Shown in pieces: positions 9,622 through 18,888 of a DNA stretch of 49,497 nt (positions are counted from its first letter, which is position 1; each line of letters begins with the position of its first letter). The DNA is from Minisyncoccota bacterium. Lineage in GTDB: Bacteria; Patescibacteriota; Microgenomatia; UBA1400; PJMF01. The translations under genes were made by a program, and so were the position numbers. Location of the stretch: NCBI GenBank assembly GCA_009885085.1, contig VFLK01000013.1:1-49497 (forward strand), given 5' to 3'. Under the pieces are notes generated by a model. The model did not search any database and was not told where the DNA came from. It was given only the letters and a program-made list of their open reading frames with translations.

Positions 9622-9648
9622 AAAAGCTCCCCAAATGGGGAGCTTTTT
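9622..9648 (+). terminator. Attenuator terminator upstream of thrS
   Basis: AAAAGCTCCCC-aaat-GGGGAGCTTTTT; the left arm can alternatively pair with GGGAGTT at 9587-9593. Confidence 0.85.
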
Positions 9649-9703
9649 GCATTATAATAAGAAAAATGGCGGCGTCTTTATTGACACGCAAACGAAAGAA
9701 ATT

Positions 9704-11527
9704 ATGAATAAACAAGAAACATTAGATAGCGAAAAATCAGATTTACACAAACTCAGACATACTGCAGAGCATGTTTTGCACCAGGCAGTAAAAGAATTAT
9801 ATCCAGAAATCCAGTTGGCAATGGGTCCTGCAACCGACGAGGGTTTTTATTTTGATTTTGATAATAAGCCTGAAGGAAAGGCAGAAATACAGATTTCCGA
9901 ACTAGATTTTCCAAAAATCGAAAAAAGAATGAAGAAAATTGTAGAAAGAAATTTACCAGTTACTAGACATGAGATTTCGGTTGCCGAAGCTCGTGAGTTG
10001 TTTAAAGACAACCCTTACAAATTAGAATGGATTGCTGAAATTGAAGAAAAAGGGGAGATGGTCACAGTTTATTGGACTGGAAAACCAAGTGAAGCTGGAA
10101 AACCAGGCGAAAATGGCGCGATGGTCGATCTTTGTGCTGGCCCTCATGTTGAGTCGACAGGCAAGGTAAAGCATTTTAAATTACTTTCGGTTGCTGGTGC
10201 ATATTGGCGTGGAAGTGAAAAAAACAAGATGTTGACTCGTATTTATGGAACTGCTTTTTTCACAGCCGAGGAACTTGAAGCTTTTGTAAAAATGAAACAA
10301 GAAGCTAAAGATCGCGATCACAGAAAACTCGGAAAAGAGTTAGATTTATTTACTTTTTCAGATCTAGTTGGCCCTGGCTTGCCACTTTGGACACCAAGAG
10401 GTACTTTAATGAGAAACATTTTGAATGATTTTGTTTGGGAGCTTCGCAAGGCAAGAGGCTATGAGAGAGTTGAGATTCCTCACATTACCAAAAAAGATTT
10501 ATATGTAGTTAGTGGCCATTGGGACAAGTTTGGCGAAGAATTATTTAGTATGAAAACCAGAGAAGGGCATCATTTTGTGATGAAACCAATGAACTGCCCT
10601 CATCACACTCAAATTTTTGCTAGAAAGCCTCATTCATACAAAGAAATGCCACAGCGATATGCAAATACCACTATGGTTTATCGAGATGAACAAACTGGAG
10701 AGCTTTCTGGTCTCTCGCGTGTAAGGGCAATTACTCAAGATGATGCGCATGTTTTTTGTAGACTTACTCAGTTTAAGGATGAAGCATTGAAGATTTGGGA
10801 TATTGTCGATGAATTTTATAAGGCAGTTGGCTTTAAATTATCAGTTAGACTTTCTTTAAGTGACCCTGAAAAATCAGAGAACTACATGGGAAGCAAGACT
10901 GATTGGGCTATGGCCGAGAATGCACTAAGAGAGATCGCCAAGGAGCGCGGTGTAGTCGCGGTAGAGGCTTTGGGTGAAGCAGCTTTTTATGGTCCAAAGT
11001 TAGACTTTATGGCTTACGATTCACTTGGAAGAGAGTGGCAAGTGGCTACTATCCAGTTAGATATGAATATGCCAAAGTCTTTCGATCTTTCTTGTACAAA
11101 CGAAAAAGGTGAAAAAGAAGAAATTGTGATGCTCCATGCTGCAATTATGGGTTCAATCGAGCGTTATATGTCTATTTTGATTGAGCATTTTGCTGGTAAG
11201 TTCCCAACTTGGTTAGCTCCAGTACAGGCTAAAGTTTTACCAGTTTCTGACAAATATATGGATTATGCCCAAAAAGTTGTAGCTCAATTAATTGAAGCAG
11301 GAGTTCGTGTCGAACTTGATGATCGAGCAGAGCGTTTGCAGGCCAAAATTAGAGATGCCCAGATGGATAAGGTTCCTTATATGCTCGTTGTTGGCGAAAA
11401 AGAAGTTACTGACAATACTGTCGCAGTTAGAAAACTCGATACAAGAGAACAAAATGTTGTTTCTGTAGATGAATTCTCAACGAATATTTTGAAAGAAATT
11501 AATGAGAAAAGTTTATGGAATTCATAA
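9704..11527 (+). CDS. thrS: Threonine--tRNA ligase (lacking N-terminal TGS domain)
   Basis: RHTAEH, DLCAGPH, AGAYWRG, RDHRKLG, KPMNCPHH, QDDAH, AFYGPK, GSIER; ATG at 9704 is downstream of the terminator. Confidence 0.97.
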   Translation: MNKQETLDSEKSDLHKLRHTAEHVLHQAVKELYPEIQLAMGPATDEGFYFDFDNKPEGKAEIQISELDFPKIEKRMKKIVERNLPVTRHEISVAEARELFKDNPYKLEWIAEIEEKGEMVTVYWTGKPSEAGKPGENGAMVDLCAGPHVESTGKVKHFKLLSVAGAYWRGSEKNKMLTRIYGTAFFTAEELEAFVKMKQEAKDRDHRKLGKELDLFTFSDLVGPGLPLWTPRGTLMRNILNDFVWELRKARGYERVEIPHITKKDLYVVSGHWDKFGEELFSMKTREGHHFVMKPMNCPHHTQIFARKPHSYKEMPQRYANTTMVYRDEQTGELSGLSRVRAITQDDAHVFCRLTQFKDEALKIWDIVDEFYKAVGFKLSVRLSLSDPEKSENYMGSKTDWAMAENALREIAKERGVVAVEALGEAAFYGPKLDFMAYDSLGREWQVATIQLDMNMPKSFDLSCTNEKGEKEEIVMLHAAIMGSIERYMSILIEHFAGKFPTWLAPVQAKVLPVSDKYMDYAQKVVAQLIEAGVRVELDDRAERLQAKIRDAQMDKVPYMLVVGEKEVTDNTVAVRKLDTREQNVVSVDEFSTNILKEINEKSLWNS

Positions 11528-12342
11528 TTAAAAGTGTGCCAAATCTTGGGGAATTTCTTGTTCCTGATGACGTTATTTTAAACCTTCCTACTGGCATAGC
11601 CATTGATAAAAAAGATTGGCATTTTTTGGTTTCGATTCCATGGGAGGATAAATATTTTTTAAGCGTTCCAGATGATTTTAAAGATTTTTTTAAGTTTGTC
11701 TTGCCTCACTTAAATGTTAGAACAACCAACGTTCATGTCGCAACTTGTTTGAGCTATCTTGACCAGTTAATTTCTGAATTTCCAGAGGAAAATATTAATC
11801 GAAGAGTTGTTGCTTTGTCATTAATTCTTCATGATATTGGCTGGAGCAAGCTTTCTGAGCAAGAAATTGCCAATAGTTTGGGGGTTTCTGGGCTAAAACT
11901 AACGGACATAGCAATGGCACCAAAAGAAAAGCATGCAGTTGAGGGTGAGAGACTGGCTAGACAAATTTTAGGGGATGGCGATGGGGATGGCGAGTTTGGT
12001 TTCGAACCAAAATTATCTGAGCAAGAAAAAGATCTAATTTTTAAATCTATTCGTTTTCACGATAAACCAGAAATGGTGAATGACTCTGGAGATCGAGTAA
12101 TGCCAATAGAAGTGAAGCTATTAGTAGATTTGGATCACATTTGGTCATTTATTCATGAAGACTTTTGGTTGGACACAATACGCAAAGGAATTTCTCCATC
12201 AACTTATATAGAAAATTTGAGTAAAGATTTAGATTTTTATTTTGTGACAAATCCTGGAAAAGAGTTAGCTAAAAAACTTCTTAATGAAAGAAGGGTAGAG
12301 GTTGAGGAAGTTGTTTGGCGAATGAAAAATGACGAGGAATAA
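11515..12342 (+). CDS. HD-domain metal-dependent phosphohydrolase
   Basis: H..., LILHDIGW, KHAVEG, IRFHD, VDLD; overlaps thrS stop. Confidence 0.75.
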   Translation: MEFIIKSVPNLGEFLVPDDVILNLPTGIAIDKKDWHFLVSIPWEDKYFLSVPDDFKDFFKFVLPHLNVRTTNVHVATCLSYLDQLISEFPEENINRRVVALSLILHDIGWSKLSEQEIANSLGVSGLKLTDIAMAPKEKHAVEGERLARQILGDGDGDGEFGFEPKLSEQEKDLIFKSIRFHDKPEMVNDSGDRVMPIEVKLLVDLDHIWSFIHEDFWLDTIRKGISPSTYIENLSKDLDFYFVTNPGKELAKKLLNERRVEVEEVVWRMKNDEE

Positions 12343-12349
12343 GATATTA

Positions 12350-12382
12350 AAAAGCCCTCTTGCTTGACGCAAGAGGGCTTTT
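12350..12382. terminator. Bidirectional intrinsic terminator
   Basis: AAAAGCCCTCTTGC-ttgac-GCAAGAGGGCTTTT between convergent transcription units. Confidence 0.85.
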
Positions 12383-12512
12383 GTTTTGATATCTCAGTTA
12401 TACTTAGATCAGCGCCTATCTTCACGAGTGTGAAGGGGGCAGTGATCAACTCATTGAGCTGAGAAGTTTTACTAATTTGAATACAACAGCCCATCTTTGG
12501 GCAACCGCTTGG

Positions 12513-13817
12513 CTAATGCGGAAGGACTTGGAACCTTGTCGCCCATTCCGGGTGTTGGGTTACCCAGCTTGGAAGCCAGTCCCAACGGTGGTCAATTTCA
12601 GCTCGGAACATAGGGTAGAAGTTGTTCTTGTTGAAGTCCAAGTCAGCCGGATCAATCACCAGATCAAATCCTGGATCACTATCAACGATTGACTCGAGCT
12701 TCACCCACTGGCCATCGACGCCAGTTGGAGAGACCAACTCCACTTTAAAGATGCCAATCTCGTTGAACCCAGCCTTTTGCGCTGCCAGGCTCACATCCGC
12801 TTTGAGACGAGTGTATGGCCAGGGTGCTGATCCGGCAGGAGCATCTTCACTGAAGTGCCGCTTCATTTCAATCAGCAACCGGTCAAGGTTGTAGGTATCT
12901 CGACTGCCATCGAGACCTATTGGCGCGATCAGATCATAGTTCGCTAGCCAGCGAGCCATTGTGTCTGATTTGTCACTGTACGACGTCCAGCCTGGATTGT
13001 TGGTAAGCCAAGCATTGAAATTCTGCATGTCAGTGACAATTCCTAGCGGAGCTTCCAGCGAGTGCTTAACTTGATTGGTCGATTGCACTGACGCCGTTAG
13101 GAATCCGTACTCTAAATACAGAACAACATCCAAAGATTCTATTTCAGTAATAGTTTTGGATTCTGTATTTGTGATACTGCTGGGAACTTCCCGATAGACA
13201 GCATATGGTGGTTTAGGCTTCGCGCCATTGTTGATTTCTTCTACTGAATAGAATTGGAGTTGGCTAAGCGTGACCGAAGGTACGCCAGCAATCAATTCTC
13301 CCTCAACAACCCACATTGGACAGTCACGAGACTCCCAATCTTCTTCGATCGTCCCATCTTGTAACTGGACGGGATTGGGAATATTTGGATTATAAGTCTT
13401 TCCCCATTTATTTCTGAAGATGATTTCGCACCAAATACCCATTCCTAGGTGGGTATCACTACTGGTGATATTGAGATCGTATCCCATGGTACCGAAGACT
13501 TCTCGAGCTGATGTTTCCAGGAGATTTGCGTCTCCCAAATCCAAGATCGAAGTCCACGGAATCAAGGTGGCAACAGCACCAGTATCTTCACCTGGTTCTG
13601 GAGTGTATTCCACAATTTGCGTTGCCACATCCGCCGCCGTGAATTCTTTCGTGGCGAGTGGCGTGCCTTGTGCATCAACGACAATAATTTGTGGTGCTGG
13701 TTGTTCGCCTGGTTTTGGAAGGTAACCTTTGATTGGATCATAGATTCCTGGAACCAAAATTGGCGCTAACAGCAGAAGCAAAATCACAAGCGCAATATTT
13801 TTTACATCTTTGGACAT
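12513..13817 (-). CDS. Membrane-anchored extracellular protein, possibly DUF4230-like
   Basis: N-terminal TM after MSKDVK (SD GAGAGGA upstream); VEGELIAGV resembles the DUF4230 G.V.AG motif (weak). Confidence 0.55.
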   Translation of the reverse strand: MSKDVKNIALVILLLLLAPILVPGIYDPIKGYLPKPGEQPAPQIIVVDAQGTPLATKEFTAADVATQIVEYTPEPGEDTGAVATLIPWTSILDLGDANLLETSAREVFGTMGYDLNITSSDTHLGMGIWCEIIFRNKWGKTYNPNIPNPVQLQDGTIEEDWESRDCPMWVVEGELIAGVPSVTLSQLQFYSVEEINNGAKPKPPYAVYREVPSSITNTESKTITEIESLDVVLYLEYGFLTASVQSTNQVKHSLEAPLGIVTDMQNFNAWLTNNPGWTSYSDKSDTMARWLANYDLIAPIGLDGSRDTYNLDRLLIEMKRHFSEDAPAGSAPWPYTRLKADVSLAAQKAGFNEIGIFKVELVSPTGVDGQWVKLESIVDSDPGFDLVIDPADLDFNKNNFYPMFRAEIDHRWDWLPSWVTQHPEWATRFQVLPH

Positions 13818-13884
13818 TAGCTTATTCCTCTCTTCGAGAATTCGTAGCCCGCACACGATGTTTTATGCGCGGACTACGATCATG

Positions 13885-15687
13885 TTATTTCACGGGTCCA
13901 TAGCACCAGATCGTGTTCTGGTACTTGGACATTTTATATGACCCGTCGTTCAAGATTGAGTCACATTTACCCACGATCAATATGCCTTTTGACGTGTCGA
14001 TAAGGTCCCAGACTTCACTGAAGTCTACGTATCTTTGACCCTGACAGTTATAGGCTTGAGTCATGGTGCCGATTGTGCCATTAACTGAACAACTGTGTGT
14101 CCAGTACAAATTGGTAGTGTTGAGGTAGTTGATGTAGCCGGATAGTGAGACGTTGCCTGGATAGGGTGTTGAGGTCGGGATTGGTACTGGAGTTGGTGCT
14201 CCATAGCCTGACCCGATGATCATCGGGTAAAGCCACAAGCCTTGTTGCTTCAACTCAGCGCCGTTCCACGTGCCGTCACCCGCACCATAGAGTGCGTATA
14301 AACGTGCCTGGCCGATAAGCCACTGACTGCCCTTGCCATCCACGTTGTTAGCGTTTGGAGGATTGGTGATTTGCAAGATACAGACAGAGAAGCCGTTCTC
14401 GTTGCCTGACACAGTTACACGATCTCCGTAAGCATGGAGATATCCATCGTCTTCCCAGCGGAATTCAATCCGCGTGGTTACGCCGTCGTTCCAGAACTGT
14501 TGCTGATAGAGCAGATTGAAGTCGACCGACCCAATCGCTGTTATGCAGCTATTCTGTACCGATGTATTACTCCAAGTCAAATCAGTTCCGGTATCCGGAG
14601 CATAGACCTGAGTTGGATAGGCGATTTCGATGGTGGGAACAAATTCCAGAACCATCGTTGGCATAAGCGTCGGTGAAGGCGGGATGTAGACTTGCTCGGG
14701 CGTAGGAGTGTTGTCAGATGGTTGAAACGGTGTTGGCGTGATTCTTGGAGGTACCGGCAATGATTCTTGTTTAACTAGCCGGTCCATGTCAACATTGTCA
14801 ATCGGAGCCTCGCTCGGGAAAGTAACGACGAATTTACTGTCGTCACTTGGATTCCCAATATAAGCTTCAATTTTGTTGACAAACTCCGTGTACCACACCT
14901 GATTCCAACGTTTGAAGAAGTTGCTCTCCTTATCGTTGCTTTTAACACTCATTCGATATTTACTTGAAAACGCCGTAATGTACCGGCGCAAAATCGATCC
15001 GCCGTCTCTGAAAGAAGAGTCGTTGGCGATATCGAAATTTTTCAAGTCATCAAGAGTACTGTCCGCCATGAAGGCGCGCCAAAAAAGATCAGGGTCGGCG
15101 ATACAGTATGTTTCTCCTGGCATTGGTACCCAACTGCTTTCGGGATCGATGGTGTAGGTTTGATTCTCCAAGGTCGCTGGGACCAAGGTTATACCTGCGC
15201 AATTCGCCGGCAGTTCTGGAGTGACATAACCTTCCGGGACCGGCTCCTTCAAAGGGGGCGCGGGTTGGAAGGCTGGTTCTTGTGTTAAGGAGACTTGATT
15301 CGTCGGATATACGACAACATTGCCGGGGCCGTTCTTGTTGTTCATGGCGAGCAGCACCACAAAGATGATCGCTGCTATCCACCAAATGTTGCTTGATTTG
15401 CCCGTTTTTGTCTTATCTTTCGAACTGCGTCTGCTTCTTACATGCGCAAGAACTGTTTCTTCTTGAACTTCAGCGGGACTGTCAGCGCCAACCTGGTATT
15501 CTGGCCAGCTGGCAATAACGTCCAGATTCATGTCTTGAAGATTGGTCAGCCCCCACTTTTGAGCCTCTTGCGACCACACCCATGCGTGTCTTTTTGGTGG
15601 GTTGTATGGAGGATCATGTGCGGGAACTTCGTTCTTTTTGCAGTAGGCACAAGATGTTACGGGATGGAGTTTATAGTCTTCGTTCAC
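13885..15687 (-). CDS. Membrane-anchored Pro/Thr-rich protein, unknown function
   Basis: GTG start with AGGAGA SD; N-terminal CxxC..H, TM (IWWIAAIIFVVLLAM), PT-rich linkers separating Cys-containing extracellular domains. Confidence 0.65.
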   Translation of the reverse strand: MNEDYKLHPVTSCAYCKKNEVPAHDPPYNPPKRHAWVWSQEAQKWGLTNLQDMNLDVIASWPEYQVGADSPAEVQEETVLAHVRSRRSSKDKTKTGKSSNIWWIAAIIFVVLLAMNNKNGPGNVVVYPTNQVSLTQEPAFQPAPPLKEPVPEGYVTPELPANCAGITLVPATLENQTYTIDPESSWVPMPGETYCIADPDLFWRAFMADSTLDDLKNFDIANDSSFRDGGSILRRYITAFSSKYRMSVKSNDKESNFFKRWNQVWYTEFVNKIEAYIGNPSDDSKFVVTFPSEAPIDNVDMDRLVKQESLPVPPRITPTPFQPSDNTPTPEQVYIPPSPTLMPTMVLEFVPTIEIAYPTQVYAPDTGTDLTWSNTSVQNSCITAIGSVDFNLLYQQQFWNDGVTTRIEFRWEDDGYLHAYGDRVTVSGNENGFSVCILQITNPPNANNVDGKGSQWLIGQARLYALYGAGDGTWNGAELKQQGLWLYPMIIGSGYGAPTPVPIPTSTPYPGNVSLSGYINYLNTTNLYWTHSCSVNGTIGTMTQAYNCQGQRYVDFSEVWDLIDTSKGILIVGKCDSILNDGSYKMSKYQNTIWCYGPVK

Positions 15688-15730
15688 GATGTTTTCTCCT
15701 TATAGCTTAGTCATAGATGATTTGAGTATC

Positions 15731-16492
15731 TTACTTTGGAGGCGTGCCCACATATTGTTGATAGTGCCCGAAGATAACATCGGGATATGTGTCACTGCCG
15801 TTATAGCCAGCCAAAGAAGCTCGGTAAGTACCGTTGCTTCCGTAACCAGCGCCAATCATTTGAGCTCCCACAAAGATGTTATATTGAGGAGGCCAAAGTT
15901 CTTCCATGGTAGGTCTGTTTCTAAAAACGCTTTGAAAGGCAGAGTTGTAATTAGCAACGCTACCATTCTCGAGGTCACACTTGCTTTTGTTAGTAGGACC
16001 ATCAAGTTTCCCATCGCTGGGCATGACTTGCATGAGTCCTGTGTCGCAAGCATAACCTAAAGCATCTTTATTACCATTTGATTCTTGTTTCATCACCGCT
16101 GCGACTATGTTAGGGTCGACTCCAAACTGATTGGAGTATTGGGTGATCCATCCACACCATTGCTGAATGGTTGCTGGCCATTTCGCATCGATAGAACAGG
16201 TAGTGGGTTGATCTGGATCAATTGAGTATCCAGAATTGTCGATCGGAATTATTACTATAAATTCGATGTTTTTGAAGTTATAGGTAATTCCGGATATGCC
16301 ACTGTCATAGTTAACCACTGGGCTCGCAGCCTCTTTAGATTCTGTGGTTTCTATTGACTGAGCTGGACTAGCGCCTCCCTCGGGAATCTCAGTTATGAGA
16401 TTTGGGAGCAGCCTTGGTATTGCAATTGCAAGGAAGGTTATGGCCACTAGTATCTCAAGGAGACTAGGGCCTTTCTTTTTCCTCATCAGCAT
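15731..16492 (-). CDS. Membrane-anchored lytic transglycosylase (SLT domain)
   Basis: GVDPNIVAAVMKQES.G...A....GLMQVMP, NIFVGAQMI, LAGYNG. Confidence 0.88.
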   Translation of the reverse strand: MLMRKKKGPSLLEILVAITFLAIAIPRLLPNLITEIPEGGASPAQSIETTESKEAASPVVNYDSGISGITYNFKNIEFIVIIPIDNSGYSIDPDQPTTCSIDAKWPATIQQWCGWITQYSNQFGVDPNIVAAVMKQESNGNKDALGYACDTGLMQVMPSDGKLDGPTNKSKCDLENGSVANYNSAFQSVFRNRPTMEELWPPQYNIFVGAQMIGAGYGSNGTYRASLAGYNGSDTYPDVIFGHYQQYVGTPPK

Positions 16493-16596
16493 CTCCTTTT
16501 TGTCTCCTTGAGACAGAAATGGCCTTCCTCACCTCGAATATTCTGAGGTGAGGAAGTTGAATATGATAATTCACTGGGTTTAACCAGCTACTGAAA

Positions 16597-17895
16597 TTAC
16601 ATGGACATCAGCCAGGCTAGGGCGGTGGGGAAGAACAGCGAGCTGACTTTCATCGAGAAAATCAACAGCTCAAGATCTGCGATCCAGATTTTGAGCGGTC
16701 CCCAATAGAACACGTCTCCCATTGATTTCTCATCTGCGTTGCGGATGAGTGTTCCCGCGGGATTGAATGCCTTTGCGAGGCTTTCATCGACTCCCGCTAT
16801 CAGCATCGCCAAAGCAGTGCTGAAGGTGATGATCCAGACGGGGGGAACGTTTTTGTGGAAGTAGCCATTGATGGTGAAAAACATCATAAAGCTCACCACA
16901 GCATAAATAACGATGTGAATCACCGTGCTGAGGGTTGCGATGGTAGATGCTTTTCCAGCTTCAGCGGCAGTAGCAGGTTTTTCCGAACTTGGCCGTGAGA
17001 TTTCTCGCATGATGATGAAGAACTCGATCAAGAAACATACCACTACATAGAAGTAGGTGGCACTTGTCTGAGTTCCCCAAAATGATCCAGCAAACTTGCT
17101 GTTAGGAATGGTCGACGTGAACAGGGCTACAAAGCCACTGGCTGACCAAACAACTCCCATGCCTGACCCATCTTTGGTAGCGTCTTGGAAAAGTCTTAAA
17201 GTGAAGTAAATTTTCAGTGCTTCAATCAAGACAAATCCGTATCCGCTTCCGAGGTTGATCAGGATGTGGATGATCATGCGATAGTACCCTTTCCAGCCAA
17301 CAGTCGGCCAGAGCAAGTACTTGTTGCCGAACGTCAGGATGATAATTGTAAACGCTGCGGCTAGCAGCGGTCCGATATACCACTCTGAGTTTGAACTGTC
17401 GTCGCGGATGATGAGCGGTAGTGTGGCAATTAAAATTGCGGCCACGATTATCGGCGTGTCGATGAAGAATATCAAACCAAACATTGCCAACGCCACTACT
17501 GAGCCTATATCTGCGGCTTTCTTACCAAGCACTCCTTCGATGCTGTCCTTTATTGCCAATGCATTTTGAGCAATCAGCAGGACGAACAGAAATACCATCA
17601 GGGTCACAGTTGCTTTGTCCCAACCCTTAATCGCTTGGAAAGCGAGGGTGAAACGTTCGATATTGAGCGTGACCTTGAAATTCTCTATCAAGCTTGGATT
17701 TGTAACTTGCGGGCCGCCAGCCCATGCCCAGTTGTAATTAACTTGTCCGATGCCCAGATAGGGCTCCAGGACGTATTGGGTCAAGAGCGGCAAACCGAAC
17801 GGAATTGCGATGAGCAGAATTAACAGACCAATCTGGATTTGTTCCCAGGGTATTTCGGGCATCGTTCTCGGGGGGGCTTTCTTGTCGTCAGCCAT
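16597..17895 (-). CDS. Polytopic integral membrane protein (~10-11 TM), unknown function
   Basis: Many hydrophobic segments; start MADDKK with AGGAGA SD. Confidence 0.7.
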   Translation of the reverse strand: MADDKKAPPRTMPEIPWEQIQIGLLILLIAIPFGLPLLTQYVLEPYLGIGQVNYNWAWAGGPQVTNPSLIENFKVTLNIERFTLAFQAIKGWDKATVTLMVFLFVLLIAQNALAIKDSIEGVLGKKAADIGSVVALAMFGLIFFIDTPIIVAAILIATLPLIIRDDSSNSEWYIGPLLAAAFTIIILTFGNKYLLWPTVGWKGYYRMIIHILINLGSGYGFVLIEALKIYFTLRLFQDATKDGSGMGVVWSASGFVALFTSTIPNSKFAGSFWGTQTSATYFYVVVCFLIEFFIIMREISRPSSEKPATAAEAGKASTIATLSTVIHIVIYAVVSFMMFFTINGYFHKNVPPVWIITFSTALAMLIAGVDESLAKAFNPAGTLIRNADEKSMGDVFYWGPLKIWIADLELLIFSMKVSSLFFPTALAWLMSM

Positions 17896-17964
17896 CAGGT
17901 TTCTCCTTGCTATAATATGAAGTGGCACCAAGGTGGCGCCACTTATTTTGAATGAGGTGTGTGG

Positions 17965-18888
17965 CTACTTAGCCACGCCCTCGACAGTTGAACCATGCAC
18001 CCAAGATACTTGTCCGGTGCTAGTTTTGACCTTCACTCTCAGATTGCTTCCGCAACCTGCCTTGCCTTTAAAGTCATAGAAATTGCTTTTCACAACATCG
18101 AGAATAGTGACGCTGGTCCCGTTGTTAATTGGGGCGTCTTCATCGTCATCGATGCTGGATCCGCTACGTGCAGTTGCTTGACCAACAGTTTGACCTGCTT
18201 CGATCGGGCTACAATAGTTGATGGTTGTTACCTTATTAATCAACTCTTGTTTGATTTGCTCGAACGTTACAGTTGTGTCATCAATGGGGTTCGCTACTGC
18301 TGGTGTTGATTTTGCATTTTCTTCATCAATCGCGGCAAAAGGATCGAGCGGAGGTTCAGTTGCTACCGCAACATCCGTTTGCGCACCTTCTTCAGTCGGT
18401 GGATTTTTGGGCCCACCAAGCTGGGAAAGAATTGCGAAGATCAAGATCAAGACCACTACTTTACCAACATTGGACAATCCCATGAATTTCTGGAACAGTC
18501 CGCTGATTAGCGAGAAAATAGTGGCGGGTAGGCCTTTGGAGGCTTTCTTTTTCTGAACAGCTTCCTTAGACACGACGGCTTTCACTGGGGCGGCCTCTGC
18601 CTGTTCAGGCTCGGGTGCTACATAAGGAATGCCGTTGTACAGATCCATCAACCTTCGCGCAAGGTATTTGACGGTCAAGTCTACATCCTTGTCTTGTTCA
18701 AAGGTTTCCAGAGACCAATTAAGTCCTTTATCGGCTTTTTCCAAATCATCCTCAAGCCATACGAGGAACTTCACATCATTGATTAAATCCAAATATTCTC
18801 CGTATAGTGCTGGGTGAAATTTTGGGTTAGTCAGAATTATGGTCCCCACAATTTGTGCATTGAGTTTCGCTTTAGTCGTCATCGTCAT
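17965..18888 (-). CDS. Bitopic membrane protein with C-terminal bacterial SH3-like domain
   Basis: Central TM; C-terminal INNGTSVTILD...RVKVKTSTGQVSWVHGSTV fits SH3b pattern. Confidence 0.6.
   Translation of the reverse strand: MTMTTKAKLNAQIVGTIILTNPKFHPALYGEYLDLINDVKFLVWLEDDLEKADKGLNWSLETFEQDKDVDLTVKYLARRLMDLYNGIPYVAPEPEQAEAAPVKAVVSKEAVQKKKASKGLPATIFSLISGLFQKFMGLSNVGKVVVLILIFAILSQLGGPKNPPTEEGAQTDVAVATEPPLDPFAAIDEENAKSTPAVANPIDDTTVTFEQIKQELINKVTTINYCSPIEAGQTVGQATARSGSSIDDDEDAPINNGTSVTILDVVKSNFYDFKGKAGCGSNLRVKVKTSTGQVSWVHGSTVEGVAK

Noticed and set aside
9490-9650. T-box riboswitch upstream of thrS
   Set aside because: No GGTGG.ACC T-box sequence or stem I; the leader is too short, and a leader peptide explains it.
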